Source: Thalia democratica (lineage: Eukaryota). Taken from it: DNA of 64,000 bases. Below, in pieces: positions 25,301-38,034 of the stretch. The notes below the pieces were generated by a model. The model searched no databases and was not told where the DNA came from. It saw only the letters and a program-made list of their open reading frames with translations. Numbering within the stretch: the first letter of the stretch is position 1; every line of letters starts with the position of its first letter. The stretch lies in contig OZ241833.1 of assembly GCA_965202585.1 (NCBI GenBank), forward strand, positions 5,084,001-5,148,000. The letters run 5' to 3'. The translations under genes were made by a program, and so were the position numbers.

Positions 25301-28300
25301 AAGGAAAAGGTCTTAAAATTTTTAATGATAGATTGTTGAAAAATATTGTTGGAAGAGGTTTAGCTTTTTGAAAAAAAGTTTGGGGAACCCTAGTCTAGAC
25401 TAAAAATCACTTTTGTTAAAAATGACATTGAAATTAGTTTAATTTTTAAGCACATTCGCTATTTCAATATAAAAAATTTAGATTTATAGATTTTTTTAGT
25501 ACTAAAAAATAAACTCTCTTAAAGCTTTATACAAAATGGATTTTTCATGCTTAAAGAACAAAAAAAACAGTTTAACTTGATTAAATGTAGTGAAAAATTT
25601 TACAACGAACCAGAATTTTTCCGTTTAATGGGTCATATTTCATCTCAACCTCACTTCTTGAAAAACTTATACAAGAAGTGACCGATTTTATCTGTAGTTA
25701 TTAACTTCTATAATTAAATTGTTCCTAAGCTTTGATTAGTTTAAAATACAAATTGTTAATAAACTACTTTCAAACAAATTTTGTTTAAAAAATTGTTTTG
25801 TTGCCTTACAGGTTTTTTTTTTTTTGACTTAATCTGAAAGTTGAAATCTGCAATTCTTATAACTGGTTTATTTACATTTTTATTTTCAAAAACTATTTTT
25901 GAACAAAAATTTTTTAATATCCTGTGAAAACGGATTAAGAACCTAAAAACAGCTTCACAGAAATAAATTAGATTATTTCAATCCAGTATTTTTATTGCAA
26001 CCTTTTTAAGCTAGTACTTCTTAAAAAAATTTTTTTTTTTGGTTTTCTTTTTCTAAAACTTCCTTATTGTTTTTCAATCAGACTCAAATCTTTTTAAAGG
26101 ATCAGTACACTTAATAAATAATTGCTTAAGCCTACGAAGTATAATAAAGCTATAAGTAATCCCAATTAGTAAAAAAATCATAAGGCATAAATCATTATAT
26201 TAATTAACTTGATATTTGTAAAAAGTTGAAAGAAGTACATTTTTAGTTGTATTCTCTAAATATCTATTTCTACTAATTTAAATTAAAATAATAACCATAT
26301 CATTAGGGATGATTTGTACGTCCTGAAGATCATCTGAACCATTTGCTTCAATCATATCCGACTTCTTACTTGATGTTGCAATCTTCAATAAATTAGCATT
26401 GTAAAATTAAATTCTAACAGTTTAAATGGAAAAAGTTACAAAAATTACAAAAACCTTCCGATGCTTGGGAGGAAAGCCGGGAAATTCAGCTTCGTCATCG
26501 TCGGAAGATTTGAACAACTCAACAGCTTCTTTGTTTTCAACCTGCTGCTTGCTTCCTCGTTTGCTGTACGACGACTTCAAAACTGGTTTCTAAAAATCAA
26601 AATGCGTATTTTGAGTTAAAACAATACGACACTGGTATAATGTCTGTGTGCTGTTGGGTTTTTAAAGGTGTAGCCACACAGAAATAATTACAATGCAACA
26701 TACATTGACTTGATATAAAACATACGCTTTATCACAAAAATATTTTGATTAACAAATTATTCATAAAAACCTGCACATAGTCACTGTATTTTCCAGGTGC
26801 TGTCCTCTTTCTGGCCGGTCGAGGAGTGCTAACGGCAGCAGGTTTATCAACCTTCATTTCTTGTGTTTCTGGTTTTGATTTGCTTTTTGTTGCCTGCTTT
26901 TCATCAGCTTCTTTCTCCTGTAAAGCTTTCTGTTGCCTGTAAAGAATTTGTTTAATTAAATTTACTTGCTGTATTTCTCAACCCATTGTTTGTTTTTAAG
27001 CATTATTGTTTTATACTATTTAAGATAAATAAAACTCAAGGGTGTTATAAAACTCCGGGTTGCCACTCAGTTTTTTAAACTTTTTTCCAGGTTTTCCAAA
27101 TTTCTTCCAGGTTTTTAAAAGTCCACATTTTTGGGTCTATTTTTAGTTTTAAGCTAATTTCCAATAAAGAAACTGTGTTAAAATAGAATAAAAGCATTGA
27201 TAAGATACTGTAAAGTTACTTTAAATGTGTTTTTTAATAAAAAAACTTTTGATGATGACAAAAAATCTTAATTATATGATAGATTTTTTGTGTCAAATCA
27301 AAATTTTACAACTGAAAATGTTAAAGTTTTTAAAAATTCCAGGTTTTTCCAGGTTTTTTGATCAAATTTCCAGGTTTTTCCAGGTTATTTTAGCCTAAGA
27401 TGACAAATTCCAGGTTTTTCCAGGTTTCCAGGTAAAGTGGCAACCCTGAAAATTTCAATTCCCAAAATTTATATTTCAAATATTTTCAACAGTACTATAG
27501 TTTAAAATTTATAATTCTTCTAATTATAGTATTCAATTAGTCATAGTAAAATAACTTAAACTTTTTTTCATCTATGAAATATTAACTTAGTACAACAATG
27601 ATTATGTGTAAATGTTAAAAATATAGCTGCAGTTCTAAGGTAGCTCCTGATTGGCTATCATTTTACTTATTTTTATTTTAAGCTATTAGTAATGAAACTT
27701 TTCTCCGGTTAATCTGTTATATGTTTGGGTAAGGTGGGTTGTGGGTTAGAAATAAGGGTGTAGATTAACAATATAAACTCAAACGAATGTTTATTGAATT
27801 GAAAACATAAAACAACCATGGAATCTAAACTAACGTAAATAACAGAAAAGCATCACAATTTGCTCCCTGGTAGTACTTGTATTCTTAAGCTTAAATATTA
27901 AATTATCTAGAGCACCTAAATTAAATTTTAAATACTACATTACAGTTAGTGTTAAGAAAAATCAGTATGCTTATTTTCAAAAGCATATACCTACTTTTTT
28001 TTTAATTGCAGTTTAGTCACAAATTTATCAATTAAATGAAAACTTTAAGAATTAAAACATTTAACTAAACTACTCAAACTTTCTTGCATATATTTATTCT
28101 CAAGTAATAATTAATAAAAAAGTAGCATGGAGAAAATGTAAAATCACTCACTCTTCAAGAGCCTGCCGAATTTGAGTCCTTAGAAACCACTCGGGTTTGC
28201 ACTGATAACCATTGTCCTTGCGGACACTCAGAAACAGTTGGAAGGTTTCTCTACTGCTGCTTGTGCCTAACACTTAATTTTTTTTTTTTTTTGAAACATC

Positions 28301-29396
28301 ACCTTGCATATATTTACATCAAAATTATGTGTTAAAAAATTGGTAAAAAATAAATAAAACAACTGTTGTTTTCAGTTCTCCTAAAATATTATATATGCAG
28401 TTGGAACTAATTTAAATTGTTTAAGTTTTTGTTAAATGTTTGCATAAATTTGATTGAATTTGTTTTTAATATAACATATTATGTACTTTTTAAAAATGTT
28501 CAAATAACTTCCAAAACAAGCATATAAAAAAATAACAAACGAATAAATGACCAATATCTATTTTGGCCATCATCAACAAAGTTGAGATGTTAACAACAAT
28601 AAACAATTAACTTCACACGACCAACAACAATAAACAATAAATGCCATCATCAACAAAGTTTAGATATTTGCAACAATAAACAATAAATGCAAACCTGCAT
28701 ATCTGTACCACCTCCCTCTGCCGTCCTCTCTCGCTTCAGCCTTGAAGATCTTGTTTTTTATCAAAACTTCAAACAGTTTAGACTTGGTGTAAGTATAAGT
28801 GCCTATATGATCTGTTACTGTGACCACATCGTTGTCTCGAGCTTTTTCTGTTAGAAAAATGCTTTTGTTTTAAAGAAAAATACTGTCTTTGTGATTTTGA
28901 TCTTTTTTTTTCAAATATTAGTTACTGTCTTAACAGTTTATGGTTATAAAATTTATAACTCAATAAATATGTAACTTTTGTTTTCTCTCTTGTAGAATAT
29001 ATGTAGAAAAAAAATTTTAAACTTTTTAAACAAAGTTTTGAAAACTTTTATTATAACAAATCTTTAGTGGAACTTTTTTATCAAAAAGAAGTAATTTACT
29101 TTCAATATTTAAACAATTTTATCAAGCTTACAAAACCTACTACTTTAAATTCTATCACTAAACAAAAGTATTTAAATTAGATATTTTACCTACTGAAAAT
29201 TTTTAATTTACTGTGTTTTTAATTAAATTTATATTTAATTACAAAACTAGCTAGCTATTTTGTTCAAGTTAATCAATATGACTTTCATTAAATTGAAAAT
29301 TTTTTGAAGTCTCAAGAATTGTAATAAAAAATTAATAAAAACTTAATATTTTTACAATGATTAAAAAATTATAAAAAATAACTTACTTCTTCCCAT
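19322..29396 (-). CDS. Uncharacterised acidic, low-complexity, probably nuclear protein with coiled coil and tandem repeats, 16 exons, about 870 aa
   Basis: Exons (minus): 29396-29387, 28847-28695, 28266-28152, 26936-26771, 26589-26455, 26382-26296, 24330-24091, 23487-23373, 23157-23056, 22280-22191, 22121-21539, 21377-21290, 20944-20842, 20534-20305, 20095-20030, 19651-19322. GT-AG phases chain into one open frame of 2613 nt starting MGRKKARDND and ending EAACQ-stop. It absorbs track ORFs 24073-24324, 21535-22113, 20227-20424 and 19322-19609. No family recognised. Confidence 0.75.
19390..19651 (-). repeat. Coding 27-bp minisatellite (9-aa unit TNQSADEEx), about 9-10 units
   Basis: Repeated ACC AAT CAG AGC GCT GAT GAG GAG units in the last exon of the 870-aa gene. 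Confidence 0.9.
21590..21780 (-). repeat. Coding 30-bp minisatellite (10-aa unit such as SEMAEDTNED / GKLAEDTNEE), about 6 units
   Basis: Visible in ORF 21535-22113. Confidence 0.85.
22344..22654. mobile_element. MITE, CAGGGTTGCCAC-terminal family
   Basis: TIRs cagggttgccac / gtggcaaccttg; flanks taacta / ttacta (6-bp TSD, 1 mismatch); internal TTCCAGGTTTT repeats. Confidence 0.9.
25227..25392. mobile_element. Short hAT MITE
   Basis: tagggtttccca / tggggaacccta TIRs; 8-bp TSD atctagac / gtctagac. Confidence 0.88.
27055..27448. mobile_element. MITE, CAGGGTTGCCAC-terminal family
   Basis: TIRs ccgggttgccac / gtggcaaccctg; flanks aaaact / aaaatt. Confidence 0.9.
28566..28692. repeat. Short intronic tandem duplication
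   Basis: gccatcatcaacaaagtt(g/t)agat occurs twice and caacaataaacaat three times, next to an exon donor. Confidence 0.75.
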
Positions 29397-29669
29397 ACTT
29401 CTAAGTTCTTTGACTGATTGCTATTTTGATTTAAAAAACACACTAATAAATGTTCCTGATAAAAATTTAGGAGATAATTAATGTTAACCTTTGATAATTA
29501 AGAATCAAAATGGTTTTAGTAGCACCAAAAACTAAAATACATGATTTTAATTCCAAAAACTAGCATTAAAATAAAATTATAATAATTAAAATTTATTTAT
29601 ATACACCATAGATAAATACTTTCAAATGGGTTTTATAAGTTAATCTTGTTTTAAACATCAGTTTGCTAT

Positions 29670-29910
29670 TATACTTGATTGTAATACTAACAAGGTCTTT
29701 TACAAAACACAAATATATTTCAACAAGTTTTCATTAGTGTGATACAATTGTTACAAAATAAATACATAAATACAATAAAATAAATAAAATAATAAAAACT
29801 TATATAGCCTTATAATTGCCTCAGAAATTATAAAGCTATAAGAGTTTTAAAATTTTCTTTATTTTGTTACAGTTGTATCACACTGATGAAAATTTGTTGA
29901 AAAACATTTG
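29670..29910. mobile_element. Inverted pair of Penelope-like pLTR tails (same family as 17540-17650)
   Basis: 29690-29810 (minus) and 29830-29905 (plus) both match ttgtatcacactgatgaaaatttgttgaaa and its upstream T-rich context. Confidence 0.7.
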
Positions 29911-30307
29911 GCATGGGGATCTCTACAAAAATTAACACTTGCTCTTATTTGAAAGCTTTATGTATAAACTACAAGTCAGTTTTTATACAATTGTAAAAAA
30001 TTAATTAGTTTTTGAGATATAGACATTTTTGTAAAAAGTTTTCAAAACCAAATCAATTGAAATTTTATAGGGTCAATTTTCTTGGAAGTTTAAAAATTCA
30101 CTAAAAATCTATTTCCACCTCCTTTTTTTGAGCTAAAAACCTCAAATTTTCAGAAAACATTTATTTCATAATTTAAAAGATTTATAATGTTGGGTTTTTT
30201 AATATTGAAAATAAAAATTTTAGGTAAAATACAACAAAAGAGTTTTTTTTTTCAAAATTAAAAAATTCTTGCATTAAATCAAGTTAAACATTAGTGATAC
30301 ACTTACA

Positions 30308-31581
30308 CAGGGTTGCCACTCGTTTTTTCAAAAATTTTTCCAGGTTTTTCAAATTTCTTCCAGGTTTTTAAAAGTAAACATTTTTGGGTCTATTTTTAGT
30401 TTTAAGTTAATTCAGGGTTCGTGCGCGAAATTTTTTTCATTTAGCTTGACTGGGACCAATTTAGCCTGAAATTTTTTCAAAGTAAGGAAAATCCCCTTAA
30501 GAAGTCATTTTAGATATTTGGGGGTCTTAATTAGTACTATTGTAGTTTCCGACTTCAACTAGCTTTATCTCAAAAGTATTTTGAGCTTTAAAAATCTGCA
30601 AAAAGCAACTCATAGCTTAGTTACAACTCAATAAAATAAGACAAAATTGTGAAAAAGGTGACTGACCTCTTCCCCCTATACCCTTAACATAACAAATTCA
30701 GTGATAAGTTTAAAAAAAAAAGTGTTATATCTAATCTATTACTAGTGTAAAAACATAATATATATTACTAAACACATTTGTTCAATTTTATTAAGCACTA
30801 AGTAAAAACATTATAACCAGAAGATTTATAATAAAACGACGTGCATTGTTGTGTTTTATTAAAACTTAGAATGAAACGCTTACATGAGTACTAAAATTCA
30901 AACAAACAGCTAAGTTGTTGAACTAAACTGTAATGTTTAATCTGTATATTTTTTATGAATTTTCATAATTATGACGTATATAATCTACTCAAAACAAAAT
31001 AATGAAGATTCTTAAATTTTTTTTAAGAGATTCAACAAAAGTTTTTAAGCATTTATTTTTACAAGTACTGACTAATTTTGTCTTAAATGAGTAAACCATT
31101 ATTTAGAAATAAATTTACATCTCAATTTGATCTTATGAGATTTCTCATCTTTTTCTATCAAAAATTTGATGCATTTGAACTGAGAAAAACTGAGATTCTC
31201 AAATTTTTAAATAAAAAAACTGATTTAGCCTGACGTTTTTTTAACTTTTTTCAAAAAAACTGATTTAGCCTGACGCGCACGAACCCTGTTAATTTCTATA
31301 AAATAAACTGTGATAAATAGTACAAAAACATTTAAAAGATGCTATAAAGTTACTTTAAATGTGTTTTTTAATAAAAAAAATTTTGATGATGACAAAAAAA
31401 TCTTATTTATGATAGATTTTTGGTGTCAAATTGAAATTTTAGTACTGAAAATGTTAAAGTTATTAAAAATTCCAGGTTTTCCCAGGTTTTTTGATCAAGA
31501 TTCTAGGTTTTTCCAGATTATTTTTGCCTAAATTGTGGAATTCCAGGTTTTTCCAGGTTTCCAGGTAAAGTGGCAACCCTG
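30308..31581. mobile_element. MITE, CAGGGTTGCCAC-terminal family, interrupted by a nested element
   Basis: Perfect 12-bp TIRs; flanks acttaca / actcaca (7 bp, 1 mismatch); body split at 30412/31289. Confidence 0.9.
30413..31288. mobile_element. Nested non-autonomous DNA transposon with CAGGGTTCGTGCGC TIRs
   Basis: cagggttcgtgcgc ... gcgcacgaaccctg; perfect 6-bp TSD ttaatt (30407-30412 and 31289-31294); subterminal tttagcctgac repeats. Confidence 0.92.
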
Positions 31582-31788
31582 ACTCACAGTGAAAATTTGA
31601 AGAAGATTATGTTGGTTATAAAATAAAAAGGAGATAGATTTTTAGTTAAATAGATTTTTTGCGCTTTTTAGTTTGTGCCTTCCATTAAGAACCTATTGAG
31701 GTCATCAACTTTGAGTATATCTTGAAAATTACTTTGGATTTTTTTAGTGGTTTAAAATGTCTGATAGCTAAGATTAACTCTATTTTAT

Positions 31789-32201
31789 CAGGGTTGCCAC
31801 TCGTATTTTCAAATTTTTTTCCAGGTTTACCAAATTTCTTCCAGGTTTTTAAAAGTACACTTTTATGGGTTTATTTTTAGTTTAAGGTTAATTTCTAAAT
31901 AAGAAACTGTATTAATTAGTATAAAAACATTGAAAAGACTATGTGAAGTTACTTTAATTGTGTTTTTTATAAAAAAAAAATTTGATGATGACAAAAGAAT
32001 CTTTTTTATATGATAGATTTTTTGTGTCAAGTTGAAATTTTGGTACTGAAAATGAAAAATTGTTAAAAATTCCAGCTTTTTCCAGGTTTTTTGATCAAAA
32101 TTCCAGGTTTTTTTCAAAATTTCTCAAATTCCAGGTTTTTCCAGGTTTTTTTTGCCTAACTTGTTAAATTCCAGGTTTTTCCAGGTAAAGTGGCAACCCT
32201 G
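31789..32201. mobile_element. MITE, CAGGGTTGCCAC-terminal family
   Basis: Perfect 12-bp TIRs and family body; no clear TSD. Explains track ORF 31863-32117. Confidence 0.9.
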
Positions 32202-33204
32202 ACTATTAGACAACTTTCTTACAAATCATACCCATGCAGCTTACCCAATAAAGGTCTTAGACTAGTCAACCAAGTTTCACAAGAACAAATTATATTAATT
32301 ATATATGGTGTATTTCTACTTTACTCAAAAACTTCTCAATTGTAGATTTACATTCATGCTTCTTGTATTCATGTTTAACACTAATAGTATTCTCTTTGCC
32401 AAAATTCACACAACTTCATTCTAAATGATGTTCATTACTTTATATACTAATACATGTCTTTATTGGTTTTTTTTTAATGCAATCATAGTCAAGATCAAAG
32501 CCTTAAATGTATTCATATTTTACACCGATCTCAATAAATAGATTCAAAATTTGGAGTTTAAAATCATTATTACAAATTACTTTGTTACTATTAATCAGGA
32601 ATTTGGTAAACTTTTATTTAAACAATCGCAACTGACTTTTAAATTTTTAACTTATTTCTAATTTTTTAAAGTAAATAATTAAAATTAAAACAGTAAAATT
32701 AGTTGTATTGTTTCATTGCATCAGTTGAGAAAATTTCCTTATTTTAACTAGAAATTTCAAATTGGTTTTTCAATGGAGAAAGTGTTTTTGAGATATCTGA
32801 CTCCGAAGCCGAAAATAGACACATTAGTCAAATAAAAACAAAATTTTATTGTAAAAGTATTATTAATCTTAAAGGAAATAAGTTTACTGTAAAATCATAA
32901 TGATATAATTTTAATAAAACTAAATAAATAACTATCCTGTTTAAATATGTGTATTTAGTCCAGATATTTTCTTAAATATAGATATTCATTGTTAGTCAAA
33001 CAATTTGCATATACATAAAAATAAAAATAATCATAGATAATACCCAATAATTTTAAACTTTACAATTATGTGTTTTTTATAGCTTAGATTTCAAAAAAAA
33101 ATCATTATTGTACTTTTTTAAGCTATAAAGCTTAACATTTTATCATATCATATTCATATTGTATTGATATTACTATATACCAAGTCCTGGATCTAACTTA
33201 TTGC

Positions 33205-33300
33205 CCTGGATAAAACATTAAAAGGTATCCGTGGTGGGCGACTTGATAACCGAAAGATTTTTTCGTACACCGGGTCCTACGATCAAATATTTTGAGACAT
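33205..33300 (+). repeat. Structured dispersed repeat, copy 4
   Basis: ccctggataaaacattaaaaggtatcc..ggtgggcgacttgataaccgaaa..tcgtacaccgggtcctacgatc. Confidence 0.8.
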
Positions 33301-34170
33301 TTTATTAATCGGCAAAACCTATATTTACCATAAACAAATTTGAAATTTATTATCTGCGTATTGAAACAGCTATTTTTATAATTTAAGTCTTTACAGGCTT
33401 TAGAAAAAAAGGTACTACTAAGTTAAAACTCTATTGCTTTAAGTTTTAATTGTTTTTATTGACATTAGAACACTAACATTTTTAAAATGATGTCGAACTT
33501 AACTCATTATATTTCGCAATCAACAACTTAAAACTAGAAAAAAGATGACATTCTTTATATTTAAAACAATAGATTCATATCAAATCTATTAACAAGCCTA
33601 TTTAAGTAAAAAATAGTTATAATACAAACCTTTTATTTCAAAAAAAATAGTAATAAGACAATATTTCACTCTTAAGACTTTCAATTCTAATCAAATTCTA
33701 AAATATAATTTTAGAAACAGAGGTTTGAATTAAATCCAAAAAATATAAACAACTTGAGAAAAACTATTAGAAATTTATTTTATGATACTATAGTTTTGTA
33801 AATAAAAGTTTTTCGATATATTTACAATTACTATCTTAAAGTTATAAGTTTGAAACTGCATAGAAATTTATATTTAAAAGTTTAAACATAAAATAAAGAA
33901 AAAAGAGTTTTTTATAATGAAGACAAGAAAACGGTTAAAAAAAAATTTTTAAACTAGATTTGTTCCGATTGTTGACCAACAAAAAGTACTGTAAAGTAAA
34001 GAGTCATAATAATAAACAATTTTAGTATTTAATTTGTAGAAACTTAGTTTTATACATTAATTAATTAACGGTAATTTTTAAAAAATTAATTAGAACTATT
34101 CATCTTTTAAAAGCAACACCTTATTTAAAAAAAATAATAAATGTATAATATTATTTATTTAATAAATAAT

Positions 34171-34302
34171 TTGTCCTGAACAAACATTAAAAGGTATCCA
34201 AGTGGTGTCCGACTCGATAACCGATGGTTTTTCTTTACTTATAAGATTAGTTCCAGATCCTAGTAGCAAACATTTTAAGTGTCGTGTTTTTTCGTTCAAT
34301 AA
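34171..34302 (+). repeat. Structured dispersed repeat, copy 5
   Basis: tgtcctgaacaaacattaaaaggtatccaagtggtgtccgactcgataaccgatggtt...cgttcaataaa. Confidence 0.8.
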
Positions 34303-35136
34303 ATTATATATACATATACTAATAATAAAATAGATATTAACTATTGAAGTAACTATTGTAAGTAAAAACAAGTCTAAATAGTTAAATTTAAAATTAGCAC
34401 GGTCAAAATTAATCTAAAAAGTTTACTCTTACACGCGTTTTTTGGATTGGAAAAGTTTAAGATAAAAAAATAGTTAAATTTGCTCACAATATCGAACTAA
34501 CAAGTAGTGCAGAGAAAATTTGTATCAAACATCGCTATTTTTTGCTACCTAGTATTAGCTACTAGCTAGTTTAAATAAATAAATATTATGCTAAAACTAC
34601 GATCTATATACTATTTTATTGCTATGAATAACTAGAACTAAAAAAATAAAATACTCTACAAAAACGGTATAAATTTTGCCCTAATCAACAACTAAAAGAT
34701 TAAAGGATCTCAGGATAAAATTTCCTTACCATGCTTTGAGATTTTCTTTACTTATAAAATATAATCTCTACTGTGTCCTATATGTAAATTGTCATGCATC
34801 TTTTATAGATAAAAGAGTATGAAATTTAAAAGCACTGAATTCAATCAAAATTGAGTTAAAACGACCTTGATTGCACAATAAGTTTAGTTCTAAAAATACT
34901 AGTTAAAATAGATTTAACAGGTAGATAAATCTACACGAAGATTTAATAAACAATAAAATTTATTAGAAGCTCTAGCCATTTAGTTTAAGTTGTTTAAGTT
35001 CAATTTCTTTCCAAAGTTTGGCTGAAAGTTTATATATTCAAAAATAAGATTAGAAAATGCTGGAACGTGTAATGCTAAAATACGCCAAAATACGTTACTT
35101 TTCTGAATCCAGAACTAAATTGTTTGTATAAATTAT

Positions 35137-35486
35137 TGTTTATTGAACGACAAAAAAGGAGCTCGAGGTATTTGGTCCTAGGACCTGTTGCACGAAAATA
35201 CCTTTCTGTTATCGAGTCATATATCAGAACAGTTTGAAGCTTGGATACCTTTATATGTCTTGTCCACGACAAAGTGTCCAGAACTTAAATATAAATAAGT
35301 TAGGTGTATTTAATAAACCAATTTGGCGTAAGTACTATACATAAATAACTAAACAGTTACAAAACAGTATGTCCTGGACAAGACGTTAAGTGATGTACGA
35401 CTCGATAACAGAAAGGTTCTTCGTGCACCAGGTCCTAGTACCAAACATTTTGAGCGTTTTTTCGTCGTTTTTTGTCGTTCAATAAA
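35137..35486. repeat. Structured dispersed repeat, copies 6 (minus, 35137-35283) and 7 (plus, 35370-35486), head-to-head
   Basis: Both carry gactcgataacagaaaggt..tcgtgca..caggtcctag.acc..tgtcgttcaataaa in opposite orientations, about 85 bp apart. Confidence 0.85.
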
Positions 35487-35548
35487 CTATAATAATGGTA
35501 GCTGAAACATTTTAAAAATAAAATTGTATTTACTATTTAAAAATTTAT

Positions 35549-35761
35549 TTAAAGGTCAGTCTGAGCTAAAAAAAATCTAAAAAAACTGAGTCATGAAAAA
35601 AGCTTTTTTTTTATGTTAATTTTAATAAATTAAACTTTATTCTTTGATTAATTTTTAATATGTTTAGGTATGGTTAGTTAAGGATAAAGGAATAAAAAGA
35701 TATATAAAAAACCTTTTTAAAATGCTGACTCAGCTTTTTTCAGTTCAGACTGACTTTTTAA
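35549..35761. mobile_element. Small TIR element bounded by TTAA (Kolobok-like?)
   Basis: ttaaaggtcagtctgagct...ctgagtca mirrored by tgactcagc...agttcagactgactttttaa. Confidence 0.6.
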
Positions 35762-38034
35762 GTATGCTTTCCTTTAAAAATATAAACGCAAAAAATAAAT
35801 AAAATAAAATTTAAATAATATTCTAGTTTTAAAACCTCTCTAAACTAAAGAACATAAAAAACATAAAATGTTTATCTTTTTAAAAACATAAAAATAGTTA
35901 TTTGGTCGGCAAAATATGACTGACCGGATACGATCTGTTAAACAAAAAATATTAGCCCACGTTAAAATTAATCCTTATAACGACTTTCTCAAAACAACCT
36001 GAACAATATTTTTTTGCAAGAAGTCATAAGTAAGTAAGGTGTTAATTCTATTAGGATTTGTGTAAATTGTATGATATCTATTTAAGTCTATCTGACTACG
36101 TTTTTTATTTTGCTACCTATACTTACTGTTTTCTTAATACATAGCAAGGCTGCGAAGGTCTTTTTTGGTATTTTGTTTACGAAAGTCAATAAAAAACTAT
36201 CTAGTTATGTTTGTAATCAAACTTGTAAAATTCAAAAAAAAATGTTTAAGAGTGTTTTACAGAATTTGTTTAAAAAAGGGTTGATTAAGTTGTGCTTCCA
36301 AATATTTTATACTTTTCAACAAAATTTTTATTCAATATATTAAAAATAACGCTTATTTGTTTAAAAAAAAAATAATTTAAATAAAGTTAAAATGTGGTTT
36401 TATTAAATAAAGTTAGTAAATTTTGATTAGTTTTATGTAGAAAATTACATTAATATCATTAGGTTCAATAGTACAATTTAATATAAAGAAGATAGCGTCT
36501 TTATTTGTAGTTAGAAAAAAATTGACCTAAAACGTAAAAAATTAACTAAAGAAAGTTAATTTCACTAACATTAAATGATTGGAAAAATCAAATATAATTT
36601 TGTAAAAATATAGATTTTAATGTTTATTTACAAGTTAAAGGAAATAAATTTGTTTTAACATTTACTCCAATCAAGTTAATGCCGCTTCATAAAACTTTTC
36701 ATAGTTTTTTTTTTCAGATTATTTCCATTTAATTAAGAGTTTCTAAAAAAACCCTATTAGACTAAAAAAAATATTAAAATGATTAAGATGTTTACAATTT
36801 TTTTTTATTCATATCTAAGTACTGTTATATGGCAGTTCGAGTTAGAAAAATTAAAATTCTAAAGTTAAAACTATATAAAAATGTTTAATGGGCCGTAATT
36901 CAAAAATTAATGTGTATTTGCAAAAAAAAAAGCACATATAGGTCTAATTAATAATATTATGATACTTAAAAAAACATACACTGTATAACATTTTTAAAGA
37001 TTACTAAGAATTACAAAAACTTTTAACTTATTTTGGCAAAATAGCAATAAATAAATACTAAGAATATTATAAAAAAATAAAGTTTGTAGTTATTAATTTA
37101 ACTTACGCACTAATTTATTATATTTCTATAGATGTATACCTTTTTATGTAGTGGCACTTTAGAAATTGTCGGATTTTGAGTTGTCCGAATTGGAAAAGTC
37201 GTGCACCAAGTCATTTTATACAATTGCGACCAGGTAAGAATGTTTCTATTAATTTATTTAACGTAAGTCATATGTTTTGTAACCTGTTTTTGTTAATGTG
37301 TGAATAGTGTTAAAAGTTATTTAGCAATATGATAATAAAAAGTATTGTTTAGTTGTTGCTTTTTGGACAACAAAACTGTTATTAGAAGTTGCTTATAACT
37401 CATAATAGTTAACAATACTTAAATAGACGTCTTCTTAGAGGCAAAAAAGTAGAAATGAAATTCCAAAAATTAAGTTTAAATAAAGTCATATGTAGTGTGT
37501 TTTACAGTTTAAATGAATTTTTTGAAGGTAGTCTGCCTTTTTTAGAGAAGAAATTGGACAACTTTTAATATTATGATCTACATGTAATGAAACTGGTATT
37601 TAAAAACCGTATATAAAAACTGTCTCAACTCAACTCTTTTACAGAAAAACAGATACAGAGATCTTTTGTTTATTATATAAAAATTTTCAAACCTTATTCA
37701 AATAGATTTTAATAACCAATTTTGATTTATTTTATACAGTTATAGTTTATATTTTAAGTACTTTTAATACAGAATGATATAACTTTTCAACATTTTTTGA
37801 ATAAATTGTATTTAAAATAGTATGACAGTATTGTACTCATTTTTTTCTCTAAAAACCTTGTTTTTTTACAATTTATCTATAAATTCTACTTTCCGTTTTT
37901 TGTTTATAAATAATCAATTAACCTTTTGATTTTGCCGTCAAACAAAAAACATTAGAAGTTTAACTTTCAACAGTCTATGATAAAGGTCTATGACTTATTT
38001 AGAAAGTAATTTAAAATTTATTACCAGCCTAAAC

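Larger units (their letters stand above)
29915..32220. mobile_element. Older host repeat (about 0.6-0.9 kb net) interrupted by two MITEs; related copies at 60165-60400 and 63150-64000
   Basis: Shared blocks gctcttatttgaaagct, ggtcaattttc, ttttgagcta..., aaaggagatagattt and aatgtctgatagct. Probable termini are aggagatcaa (60165) and ttgacctcct (window end). Superfamily unresolved. Confidence 0.65.

Noticed and set aside
31310-32117. ORFs 31310-31531 and 31863-32117
   Set aside because: Chance frames inside MITE copies; no transposase motifs.
35075-35272. 65-aa minus ORF
   Set aside because: Runs through copy 6 of the structured repeat; the frame is not preserved in other copies.
35370-35486. 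Pistol-ribozyme interpretation of the structured repeat (hairpin followed by TTAAA)
   Set aside because: The strand that should pseudoknot with the first loop is missing at the required position, and I know pistol ribozymes only from bacteria.
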